This document shows positions 25,528 through 38,332 of a DNA stretch of 64,000 bases, piece by piece. The stretch lies in assembly GCA_951406725.2 (NCBI GenBank), contig OX597816.1, positions 118,482,001 through 118,546,000 of the forward strand, given 5' to 3'. Positions within the stretch are counted from its first letter, which is position 1. Each line of letters starts with the position of its first letter. The notes under the pieces were generated by a model that was not told the origin of the DNA, did no database searches, and saw only the letters and a program-made list of their open reading frames with translations. This DNA is from Octopus vulgaris. Lineage: Eukaryota. The position numbers and the translations under genes were made by a program.

Positions 25528-26603
25528 ATTACACACAAACACATATATATACATATATAGATGTCCTAACATTATGTAAACTTTGTGATCATAAAATTCG
25601 CTTGTGGGTAAAAAGTGTTCTGTAACATGAATCGAATTTAATCGTTTCATATGCTTGTACCATGAGAGTCTGTGAGAATAGGTTTTGCTTATCAGAACTC
25701 AATATTTTGACAAGCTTTCCAGGAGTGCATTGCATCCATAGGCAATGAATGTTTGTGTGTATGTGTTTCTGCCCATACAAACAAACAATGTATATATGCA
25801 TGTGTGTGTGTATATATATATAGTCCCTAGCAAACAGATTAAAATTAAGAAATCCATTGGCTATATACCAATCTTCTTATATTTTTAATTTAGGTAGTAT
25901 AAGCAGAAGCCTATTTGCCAAATATGAATAAGTTACACTGACAATCTGAAAGGACACTCATCAATTCAATATAAATACAATGAACTGCAAGTGTATACTG
26001 CAAGAAGTAACAGACTTCACATCAATCAAGCCAGTATTTCCCTAGAAGTGAATTTTTATTTTTTTATTACAACTACAAATGGTCAGCAGGAACTGTTCCC
26101 ATACTGTTAATTGAGTGGATGCAAATGGGGGGGGGGGTCCATAGCAATACACAAACACAGTGAAAACCCATAATTGTAAACCAATAATTCTTTCATGTGC
26201 TGCCCAAATATAGAAAATGTAAATCAGCCAGCCCCCAATGGAGTTCTCAGAGAACAGTAAACTTCAAAAAATGAAAAGCTCCAATGTAAACAGGAACAGA
26301 ATATTAAGCCAAATCAATTATCACAAAAATCAGTTGAATCATAACAGGGCTACTCTGCAGTATTTCACTCAAAAAGGGAATATCCTGAAAACCTATTTTA
26401 TGCTGAAATTATCAATAAATGTCTCCAAAAATGAAAAATGATAAATCTTTACATACATTCATAAGAATAAGGTTGACAGAGAAGTATAGGTTGATAGAAG
26501 TAACTTATATTTCTCTATCAAGAACCAAAAGAAACAATCATGAAGAATATTCCAGAATTAAACTTGGGTGCAGAAGATGGGGATTTTTTTACAAAGATTC
26601 TGA

Positions 26604-26990
26604 TGCATAGTTGTGTGGCTGAGAAGTTTGCCTCTGAGCTACATGGTCTTGGGTTCAATCCCACTGCATGGTAATTTGGGCAAGCTTCTTCAAATAAAGC
26701 CTTGTGAATAGATTTAATAGATGGAAACTGAAAGAAGCTTGCGTGTGTGTGCATGCAGATGTATGTATGTACACACACACACACACACACATGTATCTAT
26801 GTGTGAGCATGTTTATGTTTGTGTCTCTGTTTTGACGTTGTGTGGTTGTTGTAAATGAACATCATTCATTTCCAATATTCTACGAAAACATGTCTGGAAA
26901 AATATTATCTTGCCTGGAATCAGGTAAGGGTTGGCAATTGTCTGACCCAATCAAGCATGAAGAAATGGACATTAAAACAATGATGATGAT
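26604..26990 (+). mobile_element. Family 1 SINE head joined to an RTE-type (gat)n tail
   Basis: gttgtgtggctgagaagtttgcc...gggttcaatcccactgcatgg...ggaaactgaaagaag, then aaacatgtctgg...gacattaaaacaatgatgatg. Confidence 0.65.
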
Positions 26991-27354
26991 GACGACGAGA
27001 CACACATGCTCAGATTCAATTACTAAACTCCTAGCTATATGGCTACAACTTCAACTCTTACTGTAGCTGTTATGTAAGACCCATATCCGCAGCAGTTGTT
27101 GACCAATGAAAAATAGGATCCATTCTTTCTTCACAGTTGAAGGATCGACAGTTGGAACAATAGCCAGATGAATATAAAGCAACAAAAATAAAATGTCCTC
27201 AGAAAACATAAAAACATGTATAAAAAAAAAAAAAATTTTTAATTACTAGAAATTTTTATTTTAAAGTTTGATATATTGTAAATGCTATCTAACATGTAAA
27301 CTTACACCAAAAAAAAAGTATGTGCATGATTAAAAAGCAAGAAAATTCATAAAT

Positions 27355-27748
27355 AGGTGGTGTTAGGAAGGGCATTCAGCTGTAAAAACCATGACAAAAT
27401 AGATACAGTAGCCTGGTGTAGCCTTCTACCTGGCTGGCTCCTGTCAAACCATCCAACCCATGCCAGTATGGAAGACAAGTGTTAAAATGATGATGGTTGA
27501 GTTGCTAGTGTCTAGAAAAGACTCCTTCTAGTAAATCATCAGCAGCAGTTAGTGTCTAGAAAAGACTCCTTCTAGTAAATCATCAGCAGCAGTTAGTGTC
27601 TGTATTCCATCAGCAGCAGTTAGTGTCTGTATTGGACATTTTGATAGGATCTCACAGATCAGAGAACTATGCTGAGCTCCAATGTCTGCTTTGGTTTGGT
27701 TTCTATGGCTGAAAGCTCCTCCTAATGCCAGCCACTTTAGAGTGTATA
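27355..27748. mobile_element. Tail-to-tail inverted pair of family 3 SINE fragments around short tandem duplications
   Basis: Plus copy 27355-27495, minus copy ~27635-27748; 44-bp and 27-bp tandem duplications at 27506-27632. Confidence 0.7.
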
Positions 27749-28325
27749 AATAATCAATGTCAATTAGTGAATTATTTATAAAGAAATAACAACTTAGAGT
27801 ATCTTCACTGCAATATGCAAAAAAAAACATGCCATCATCTTCTGCATTTACATTGATGCTGTTTCACTCAAATCTACCACTCTTTGAAGTGTTCCTTTCA
27901 AAAATGATGAAAATTATAAAGCATCTGTTGAACAGCAACCCACACACACATATAACATGTAATACAAAGATTACAAAATTAGACAAACATATGTCAAATT
28001 CTAATGTATTAAAGGAATCTACACTTAAAAGTGAGAGAAAGTCGAAAAACATCCTGGAATAATTCCATTTTCCATTTAAAGAAAAAGGCTTAGATCCACA
28101 GTAAAATCAATTTTTAAGCAATTCCAAGCAAAAATGCAGTGAGACAGGGCTCAACTGACTTAACTATGCTATTACAAAAAACAATTATTCATTTTCTTTA
28201 AATCATTCTTTCCTTGTTATTATGAGTAAGGATTGCTTTTTTTGTTTTCTAACATACATTTCTAAAATTTCTTTCTATCATTTTTACATCCCAAAAAAAA
28301 TATCAACGCAAAATTTTCAAATTAT

Positions 28326-28509
28326 TTAATCCTTTAACATTCAAACCAGCCATATCCAGCTCAAATATTTACCTATTGTATGTTTAAACTGACCAGATCT
28401 GGCCTCTCACACCTACCCTACAATGTCATTCTCAAGATTAATCAATCACACCATCAAAATCTTGAAAAGCACAACATTTGACAGAGTAATCTGAATGCTA
28501 ACAGGTTAA
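28326..28509 (+). mobile_element. piggyBac-like MITE (family A)
   Basis: ttaatcctttaacattcaaaccagcc...gagtaatctgaatgctaacaggttaa. Confidence 0.75.
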
Positions 28510-28883
28510 GGAAACATTTTAGGAAATATTGCCAACAGAGAGATACTTTACCAGCAGTTGTTACTTTGATATATTCCAATGGAGTGCTACTATATGCTTG
28601 GATAGAAAAGACTGAAGCCATCTCAGAACGTCTTCAAAGATGACAATGTAACATTATCTGAGTTGATGCTACTTGAAAATAGTTGCAGAGTTGACATAAC
28701 TAATGTGGAGATGCTAGTCAATATCTCAGAGATAAGTTACAAATTTCAACCATCAGCTCATTGTTAAGGCTTCTCTAACAACAACACATCTATGCAGTAG
28801 TTTCAATTCACTACATACAATAAAGTGGTTTGATTCCAAGCCATTCACATTAGTAAAATAAGAAAAGTTTCCTTTTATGCCCT

Positions 28884-29165
28884 AGGCATGGTTGTACTGT
28901 AAGATGGTTGCTCCCCAAGCACATTGTTTCAGGTTCAATCTCACTGCATGGCACCTTGGGTGAGTTTCACTCAAGCTGATCAAAGAGTGGATTTGGTAGA
29001 CAGAAATAGGAAGAAGCCCATTACATTATGTATTGTTGTCCCCCACCACTACATGATAACTGGTGTTGGTTTCTTGGCAGTTAAACAAAAGAGATTAATA
29101 GAATAAATAAACCCATCAAGACAATGCTCCAGCATGGCTGCAGTCCAGTGGCTGAAACAAATAAA
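28884..29165 (+). mobile_element. Family 1 SINE, decayed
   Basis: ggcatggttg...aggttcaatctcactgcatggcaccttgg...ctccagcatggctgcagtccagtggctgaaacaa. Confidence 0.7.
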
Positions 29166-29435
29166 AAAAGGTAGAAAAACCAACATTTTAATTTTTTTTT
29201 TTTTTCCTTTTCAACCATATTTCACTTTTACTTCACTCATATTTTGAACATGAAGGGATAATCCACTATCATATTTCTTACTACAGTCTAGGAAACAGAT
29301 CTTTTCAACTGATATGATGAGTGTTTTTGTTACATTTTAAGAGTTCTTCAAAATTCGTCAAACTGATCATTAGCGACTGAAAGCTAAACAATCATACATC
29401 AAAAAGTTGTTTTTATTTTTAAATGTAGTACTCAC

Positions 29436-29516
29436 CAATTCCAGCATATTTGATAAAAGATGTCCTTCCATGCAATAAATGCTACCCATAGTATAACTAT
29501 CACAGACTATAAATCA
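29436..29516 (-). other. Candidate exon (81 bp) with strong splice sites, possibly containing a start codon
   Basis: Minus strand gttttcatttttacttgcAG|tgattt...ATGGGTAGC...gaattg|GTgagt. The ATG frame gives MGSIYCMEGHLLSNMLEL and is preceded by an in-frame stop. Confidence 0.4.
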
Positions 29517-29929
29517 CTGCAAGTAAAAATGAAAACTCAATTAAACAAAAGTCAAATAAAAATCAATAACAAAGTATTTAGTACCCTACCCTGCCTACAT
29601 ATACGAGTGTGTGTGTGAATTTTTCAAATATGTATTAAAAAAGCAAATGTACGGCTGTTATACACACACATATACATGTGTACACACACACACACACACA
29701 CACACCTAGAAATTAAATTATGAAAGCTCAATGTCAAACCTAGAACAAAAATATGCATGATGACTGAAATTTTTTTTAAAATATCTTAACAAATTTTTCA
29801 AACTTTGGTGGGGGGGATATATATGCTCTTTCTATACTAAACATGGGTTGACAATTGTTTCTGCATAAGAGACTGTATGCCTCCAATAATTTGAGTAATT
29901 TTTACTCATTTCAAATGGTCATTGACTTG

Positions 29930-31329
29930 TTACCTCCACCTAGGAAGGAGGTTATGTTTTCAGTGGCGTTGGTTTGTCTGTCTGTCCGTCTGTGTGCAAA
30001 ATAACTCAAAAAGTTGTGAACGGTATTTGATGAAACTTGCAGAAAAAGTTGGTAATGAGACAAAAAACAGATGATGAAATTTTGGTAGTGATCCAGGAAT
30101 TTTTATGGGAGGAGTTTTCATTTGTTTTATTTACTTTACATGAAGTATTAGTTATGTTCTTTGATTATCTCCCTTGAAAACATATCGTTTCCGCGTAACC
30201 TATGATGGTGTTGCTGTTTCCAAAGTTTATTTTCATTTTCCCCGTGCCATCCGTCCACTACAGAAATGTTCAAGTTGTATCACAACACTATGACAGAACT
30301 ATTTCACCGCAATTGGCCCTGCTCTCTTCAACATCGTGCCAGACACACATAAAGGAAGAAAGTGACTTCCTGGTATTCAAACAATCTCTAGATGATTACT
30401 CACAACAAATACCAGATAAACCACCCACACCCAGATATGTCTCTGAAAACAATAACCCTCTGCTTGAATGGGCTACAGTTCCCCAGAGCTGACTGTGTAT
30501 CTCTTCCAGGTGGTGCTATTAAATTAGACATGGCCTGAGTCAACTTCGGCCGAAACTTATCTAAGTAATCTAATCTATGCTGTAACCTTTTAATCAAAGC
30601 ATAGCAACGTGGGTAGAGGCTGATATCTTAACATTTCTGATGGTCTTAAGTATAAAAAAAAATTATTAAAGATTTATATAGAACTACATTCAAAGTATGT
30701 CTATGAGCTATTGTGTTTAGACCTGGTTTCTATCCTCAAACTGTTCCGTTTTGTAGATGCAACTTTTTTTTTTTTTTTTAATAAAGCACTCTGAAATTAG
30801 AAAAATCAAAAATCTGCAACAATCTCGGTCCCATGAGTATTGGATAATGGATTTTCAACTGTGTAAAGATACTGATTGTGGTGATCGTAGTTTTGACGGT
30901 GATTGTGGTGAAAACAGATACAGTGTTTATGATGACGATGGTCGAGATAAGTATGAGAGGAGGATAAAACAGTATTGGTGGTTATAATGGTGACAGGAAC
31001 GGAGTGATGTGTGATGCTGAGGTGATGGTGGTAACAGTGGTGTTGATGATAGTGTTAGTTATGCGATGGTGGTATTGTAGTGGTTATACTGGTTGTGGTG
31101 GTGAAAGTGACTGTCAAGGTAACCATCATAATAATGGTGATTGCAGTGTATGTGGTTGAAGCGGAAGCAATGACAATGCTTCTGATGTTGATGGTGGTTT
31201 GGTGGTGGTGATAGTGGTAGGATAGTTGTGGAGCTGATTATGATATGGTGGTGGTGGTGGTCGTCGTAGTCATAGTGCTGCTCCTGCTGGTTTGGCGGAG
31301 GTCTGCGCTCTCTGAGTGCTTTTCTAGTT
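29930..31329 (+). mobile_element. Helentron-associated (HINE/DINE-1-like) non-autonomous element, ~1.4 kb
   Basis: 5' ttACCTCCACC..ggaggt hairpin and (gtct)n microsatellite; 3' subterminal inverted copy GGCGGAGGT (31294-31302), hairpin gcgctc-tct-gagtgc and ttctagtt end. Confidence 0.7.
30250..30575 (+). mobile_element. CR1/L2-like LINE 3' end lying inside the Helentron-type element
   Basis: NYFTAIGPALFNIVP/HIKEESDFLVFKQSLDDYSQQIPDKPPTPRYVSENNNPLLEW, then a short 3' UTR and an atctaagtaatctaa tail. Confidence 0.75.
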
Positions 31330-31639
31330 ATCATTATCCTTATTATCATTATTGTCCACAACTATATTCAATCATAGACATTGGGTAAACCTCAAGTAAT
31401 ATCAGTAATATGATCAGTGTATTTATTTTGCCAAATGCAAATTAGATATGACTTGCCAACTACTTCTTAAAATTTTGCTTTTAAACAATCTTATAGCATC
31501 ACCCCCAACCACCAGCCAGTGCATATTGAATGAACAAATTTCAATAACTTTACATATGAAGCAAAATGGCCAAGTAGATAACAAGTTCAAATCTGCTGCT
31601 TGCATTTCATTGTGTTTGTGACCAGAACACATTATTCTA

Positions 31640-32367
31640 CATTACCTCTATTATCTCTGTCTATTTCTTGGCATTTCCATCACCCTCACATACTTCTGAC
31701 TTCATCCCTGGCACTGTACATCTCTCTCTTGCCCCCCCACTTCCCACACACATAACATCATCTTTGTTTCCATCTATTACCTTTCTGACCCACACCTACT
31801 TCCTCCACCTTCCCCACCAATTCACATTCATGACTGACCATGCTTCCACCCATGTTCACCACTCACTGCATTCCCCTCCATCCCCATCTCCATCCACCTG
31901 CCACTCACCTCTCACAGTGCTGTAGACTGACCCAGTCACTTATATTCACCTTCCTGTAACTGAAGGGTATGCTATGGCACATCGTCACCACCATCCTCTT
32001 TTTTCTTCTTGAGGTAACCATGTAACTTCCTATTCCTCTCCCTCTATAGATACCTATTCCTCTCCTTCTATTATACTTTCACTTCTCAACATCTGGCACA
32101 AAGCCACCGCTATCAGTACTATATTCCCCTCAGTTGAGAGGTCTTACAAGTTACCCACTAGAGCTAGTACCATATTAAAAAAACACCTGGTACACACTGA
32201 AATGGTTGGTATTAGGAAGAATATCCAGCAACAACAAAAAAAATGCTAAAGCAGATATTTCAGTGTTGTTCTCTGGCTCACTAGCCCGTCAAACCATCCA
32301 TGCCAGCACAGAAAAAGGATAGATGATGATGAGGAGGAGGAGGAGGATGATGATGATGATGATGATG
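31640..32367 (+). mobile_element. Long pyrimidine-rich repeat with RTE-type tail and (gat)n
   Basis: Same organisation as 21900-22362; ends aaaccatccatgccagcac...gatgatgat. Confidence 0.6.
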
Positions 32368-32752
32368 TTGACCTCCATTTGTGTAAGTTGTAAGGAATAG
32401 TACAAAATCTTTTAAGAATGTTACATGTAACAGACTTTCTTCCAGTGGGAGGTGAAGATATATATTTCTCACTGACTACTTACCAGTAAACAAGAGCTAA
32501 CAACTAGTTTTCAATGGATTTCTCTGAATTGAGGAGACATTCAGAGCAGATAGGCACTGTAGGAGCTTCCCTCAATCAAGAAGTGAGAATTTCATTTTCT
32601 GGATGACATCCTGAGATAAGTAGATTAATATACTGATAGGATTGCCAAGAGAGCCACTACACGGTCATTTAACTTGCAAGAAATAGCATTGAAATTTGTC
32701 AGATTACACTATATCATTAAATAATGGTTACCTGATATAAAAAAAGATTGGA

Positions 32753-32997
32753 AACAGAAGTTGATTGATTTACGGTTTCATATTAAAATACGTCATGTAC
32801 AAAATGATAGCTTCCAAATCCTGTTTTCTGACTGGGTGAAAATTATCAAACTTAAAACCTCTATAACTATTTTTTAAAAATTTTCTGGAGAAAGTGAAAT
32901 ATCTCCTGAGCTTGGAAAACTACATTAATGTACCAAATTTTAAAATTTTCAATAAACTTCGAACTTTCTAAAATTGGCAGCCAAACTGTAAAGATCC
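32753..32997 (-). mobile_element. One-ended Merlin-like transposon fragment
   Basis: Right end reads GGATCTTTACAGTTTGGCTGCC on the minus strand, similar to the GGATCTTTTCCTTTTGAACGGC terminus at 1009. Confidence 0.55.
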
Positions 32998-33077
32998 AAA
33001 TTGCGTTTATTTTCAAGATGACATCCTGGGATAAGTAGATTAATACACTTTACACAATTCTGATAGGAGTTGCCAAG

Positions 33078-33503
33078 AGAGCCACTACATGGTCACTTAA
33101 CTTGCAAGAAATAGCAGTCAAATTTCTGTCAAATTACACCATATCATATTAAATAATAGTTACCTGATATATAAAAAAAGATTGGATTGTCATGGCTGGA
33201 ATACTGTGATCAAAGGTCAGCTTGACCAGAGCTAATCAGGAGCTAAATACCACCTCCTCCCATTCAAACAGAGAGCCATTGAGAAAAAGAGAAACTCTAC
33301 ATAGTTGCTTGGCCTGGTGAAAATAGCAACCAAATTTCTTGCAAATCACTTTACTATCTTAAAAAAAAAAAATTTATATTTCCATAGAATGGTCCTAGAC
33401 CCTCCTAGTCTGAATAAAAGACGTTGTCACAAGTGAAGAATATGATTATAAATCTGTTTGATCAGGGCTGGCCTGGGACACTAAAGACTAATAACAACAA
33501 CAA
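33078..33503 (+). mobile_element. Two copies of a SINE-like repeat (family 4); the second ends in (AAC)n
   Basis: tacatggtcacttaacttgcaagaaatagcag.caaatt...gatcagggctggcctgggac...aacaacaac. Related pieces at ~34650-34800, 47545-47690, 47980-48040 and 63510-63560. Confidence 0.6.
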
Positions 33504-35309
33504 TAGTCCTTATTGGATCAAGATTTTGAAGTCATGATCTTGCAGACTGTATTCCAATACCTTAATCCCAGACAAAGCTTTCAACTATTGTTGTCAAACA
33601 TTTGTCAGAAAGAAAGAAAGCAAGAAGGAAGACAACAGAGAGAAAGATTGCGTAAAATAGCAAAGGGAGAATTCACAGCTCACAAATACAAAAGGAAAAA
33701 TGATGTAATATGTAGAAGATAGCAAATAACAGGGTGGTGGGAAAAGGGACAGCCACTAGATATCAGTGTCTAGAGTAGATTACTTAATATGCTAAGCTAC
33801 CAACAGAATATGAATGTCTGGCTAAAAGGAAATGAAATATCCAAAGTTGGAATGTCTTGAAAATAATAAGAGAAGAAAAAAATTCAAATTCATATGTCAT
33901 TCCCAGTAACACAGGCAGGAAATGACATAACCTATAACCATCAAAATAATACATATCTCTTACTACCATGTTCACACACACACAAACACATATACACACA
34001 CACATACATTGCATCCACATGTGTAAACACAAGAGGATATACACACATATTTACATGTTTGTTATCAGTGTATTCATATGTGCACATATAGAAGTGTGTG
34101 CGTGTGAATATATATATATATTTGTGTGTGTATGTGCCACCTATCTTAAAAATGAAAAAAATATACTAAAAACATTAAATAGTCATTTATTGGAAACTTT
34201 TGGGGGTTTTTTTTTCCTCATTTTCAAAGTAGATTTCCACTTTAACTAGAACACAATAAAATCATTAAACAGTTTGACAAATGAAATTAAACAAGAGTAT
34301 TATATAATCCAAACAGAACCACAAAAACAAAAAAGAGAAAAGGCTGAACAGTTAGAATACAAAACTTCCATTCTATCTAATGTCTAATATTTAATAAGCA
34401 AAAAATACAATTACATTGTGAGTTTTGAAGTATGAAATTAAAAAAAAAAATATATAAAAATAATTAATTTTTGACACTTTAGTTGTTTTCTTCTATGGAT
34501 GTCAGTTAATACAATAATAATTTGAAATAAAATTCTTCTGAATTTGCTCATACTTCAAAGTGAAAATGGCCAATTGTCTAAAGTTGTGACCAAATAGCCC
34601 AACAAGCTCAAGGACTGATAACTTCATAGCCACACTGGATGCAATGCTGTTGAGCCCCAGGTCAATGCTGATCAAACAGACTTATGATCAAAAGAATTCC
34701 AGTTATGACCATATCTTAATATAGTCTGTAAGATTATATTGTCTATGTGTCCTTTCCCAAAACAGTAGCATGAAATTTGAAAGAGATTTAGCTAACCATG
34801 AAGTGGGATCCCAAGCTCCAGAAGCATTTTGTTGTAACCTGGAGTATGAAACAAGCACTTGCAATAAGTCTTTATATTTCATTTAACCTAGCTATCAGAG
34901 ACAGATACCAGAGAAATGTTATCTCCAGCACATTTATTGTGTGACATTCTATCCAAAACCTACATTTGTTTCATCAAACAGCCTGGAGCAAAAAAAATTT
35001 TTTAAATAATAACTTGACATCATGGTTCCAATTAATTTCTTCTAAGACGGATCAGTAAATTTACCAAACCAAGATGAAGTATGAGCTATTTGCCTATATA
35101 GGTTCAGATATGGCTGTGTAGCTAGAAACCTACTTTACAACCATCAGGTTTCAACTCTGATAAATTGCCCAGCACCTTGGGCAAGTGTCTTCTATAGTTT
35201 CAAGCATACATTTAATACTATATCAACCAATAAGGGCTTTTGTTTTTTTTTATTTTCCTTTTAGTACCTATGCAGGTCCCTCTGAAGAAACCTGCTGATA
35301 CCCCCACCC

Positions 35310-35535
35310 TAATTTCTTTATTGCCCACAAGGGGCTAAACATAGAGGGGACAAACAAGGACAAAGGGATTAAGTCGATTACATTGACCCCAGTGTGTAAC
35401 TGGTACTTAATTTATCGACCTCAAAAGGATGAAAGGCAAAGTCGACCTTGGTGGAATTTGAACTCAAAACGTAATGGCAGACGAAATACCGCTAAGCATT
35501 TTGGCTGGCATGCTAATGTTTCTGTCAACTCGCTG
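35310..35535 (-). mobile_element. Family 2 SINE
   Basis: Reverse complement core ggtacttaatttatcgacctcaaaaggatgaaaggcaaagtcgacc...gaaataccgctaagcattt. Confidence 0.85.
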
Positions 35536-36007
35536 ATACCCCTACACAGTGATCCCCTTGTGCCCAAGCATGGAAAGGTGGAGAGCTGATCCCCATCCAC
35601 CTACCCCAGGGCTCATAGTCCTGTGAACTGCATAGTGACATGAATAGTGCAGGTGACATGAAAAAAAAAAAGCACCCAATTGATGTTATGAAGTGGTTGG
35701 TGTTAGGAAAAAAACCATACCAACACAGATACTGTTGCTTAATGCAGTCCTTAGACACATCAGTTCCTGTTAAACCATCCAATTCATGCCAGCATGGGAC
35801 ATGGGCATATGATGATGATGACTACAGCTTCCATAGTTAGAAAGAGAGGGAAGAGAGAGAAACTGCAACACATGTTACTTTTCCGTGAGCTTCATGGGTA
35901 AATTATCGCAACTGCTTTTCTAAATGACATTCAGCTTTATCATGGTAGATGAGGCCAGGCCAAGTTGCTTTTATTCTCATTATTGAATTACAATCCTTGT
36001 TCACAGT

Positions 36008-36231
36008 GAGTTTTGTTACTGTATTTGTATTGAAATACATTGCCTTTGTTTCAATTAATTTGTAAAATAATGAAGAATTTATTAAAAATAACTGTTGTTA
36101 TTAAGTTGGTGCTTGAAACAAATTAATGTGGAATTTTGATGAAAAGTTTTAATTTGGATCACTTTAATATGGTGAATTTGTATCATAGAAACTATGGGTA
36201 ACCTCAGGCTGGTTATTATCAAAAGGGTTAA
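36008..36231 (-). mobile_element. piggyBac-like MITE (family B)
   Basis: ttttgttactgtattt...ggttattatcaaaagggTTAA. Confidence 0.7.
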
Positions 36232-36277
36232 ATTTGCACATTGAATATATTTAAGTTATGCTCTGACTGGATACTTC

Positions 36278-37201
36278 CCATAAAAACCTATGTAATTTGC
36301 GCACCTGGGTAATTTACGCAGGTGATTTTCAGGATAAAATTTATTTTTAAAAAAAAGCTTCAACTCATGTAAAATTCACACCTAAAAGTCTTTGGAATTT
36401 CTAATATGGCCACTGGGGAAAAGAGATTTTCAGTTTAGTTGTATTTAGCATAATTTCACTTATGATTTATTTCATTAAATTTTCATTAGATAAAAATAAT
36501 TTTGGTTTAACAGGTATCACATTAAAAGCTATTAAATTACAAAGTCTTTGTGCTGTTTATAATAATACTAGCTGACCCTGTGCCGTCAAAAATGACAGCT
36601 AATTGTAGTATTTTATATATAAATATGGATGGTAAGTCAAATTAATACACTTGTCAATGTTATCTAGTGATTGTCTTTTGAGATGTGACATCAATCATCG
36701 TTTGTTACTGAAAGAACGCTGGTTCACACATATAAATATTCACATACTTCACTTGTACAAGCACACATATGCACACATACACAGAGTTGAAATGCTGTTC
36801 ATCTACCACCCCTTCCTTTCTCATTCATATGTTGTGACAGAGAAAAACACAAGTGTATTATTATAGTAGAAGATGGCCCGGACTGCGAGTACCAGCATGA
36901 ATGTCAGGCCTCAAAAAGTAGTTAACAATTTAATCATTTTAGTAAATTCATACAGGAAAAATAAGCTTATACTGTCCAGCAAAAATAAATTATATTTAAG
37001 TCCTTATTTTTTCTGTAAAACCTATTCTGACACTAGATAAATCAACTTCCGGTATGAATGTTTAAGTTTTGTATGTCTTCTTTCAGTAGAAAAATATCTG
37101 AAAAAATTCTACAAACGATCTAATGTAATTTACACACCAACTTAAGTTTATCTTTATTTTTGCGGGGAAAAAAAATGCATAAATTACATGGGTTTTTATG
37201 G
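36278..37201. mobile_element. Tc2/pogo-like MITE containing a Helitron
   Basis: TIRs ccataaaaacctatgtaatttgcgca / tgcataaattacatgggtttttatgg followed by TA; the internal gtaattta.gca motif is repeated. Confidence 0.65.
36568..36873 (-). mobile_element. Non-autonomous Helitron
   Basis: Minus strand begins a|TCTTCTACTATAATAATAC and ends with hairpin gctgtca-tttt-tgacggc, 10 nt, then CTAG|t; inserted between A and T with no TSD. Confidence 0.8.
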
Positions 37202-37394
37202 TAGCATTAAAGCTTACAGCAGAGTTATATAAGTAACAAGTAGCTATGCTTGACTGGACAAAAGACAAAGTCTGCCACCCACAGACACAGACTTCCTGGT
37301 GTGACAGCCTTTTATGCATTTCTTTCAACGCAATTTCATATACAAGGTTTGAGTCAACTCAAGCTTGTGGTGGAAGACACTTAGCCAATGTGCT

Positions 37395-38332
37395 GTGTAG
37401 TGTGCATGGCATCTATGGCAAGTGCCTTCTACTATATAGCTTCGGGCCACCAAAGCCTTGTGAGTGGATTTGGTAGACAGAAACTGAAAGAAGCCCATTG
37501 TGTGTGTGTGTACACGTATATATATGTAATATATCTATATATCTGTATGTTCCCTACCACTGTTTGATAACCAGTGTTAGCATGTTTATGTCACCCATAA
37601 ATTGGCAGTTTGGTGAAACAGACCGATAGAATAAGTGGCAGGCTTTAAAAAAAAAGCCCTGGGGTTGATTTGTTCAACTAAAACCCTTCATGGCCACAGT
37701 CAAGCATGAAGCAAAACTTCTTTAACATTAGGGCCATGTGTACACCTACAATATTTAGATTACCACCACAATTTCTCTCTCCCAGTCTGTTTTTTGTTAA
37801 GGAAGCTGGCTACTACACCTGACCTTTGCACACAAATACAAGTCTAAATAAAATTCAGAAGGCTTTATAGTGTACAAACAAGACCAAGGTTATAATCAAT
37901 GATAGAATAAACATGAGTGAGACTAAAGTCTTAATCAGCAACAGAGTAAACATGAATGAGATTAAAGCCATCATCAGTGATAGACTATACATGAATGAGA
38001 TTAAAATCAACAGTGATATATATTTTCTCTCCTTTTAAGAACAGGTGCAGGAGTTGTGTGGTAAGATGTTTGCTTCTCAACAACATGGTTCCATGTTCAG
38101 GCTCATTGCATGGCACCTTGGGCTGTGTCTTTTACTAAAGCAATGGGCTGACCAAAGCTTTGTGAGCAGATTTGGTAAATGGGAACTGAAAGAAGCCTGT
38201 TGTGCATGCATATATAAATTTGTATACACACACACACACACACACACAATAATTACTGGGGTGCTTTTGTTCAACAAAAAACCCCTTCAAGGCGGTGCCC
38301 AGCATCACTTCACCACAATGACTGGAACAGGT
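37395..38332 (+). mobile_element. Two family 1 SINE copies (37395-37705, 38043-38332)
   Basis: ggcaagtg.cttctactat..accaaagccttgtgagtggatttggtagac.gaaactgaaagaagcc core. Confidence 0.75.
37895..38018. repeat. ~39-bp minisatellite, 3 diverged units
   Basis: aga.ta.acatga.tgaga.taaa repeated three times. Confidence 0.75.

Noticed and set aside
28550-28800. Possible minus-strand exon
   Set aside because: Weak donor (GTAAAG), no clear acceptor, and a stop in the longer ATG frame.
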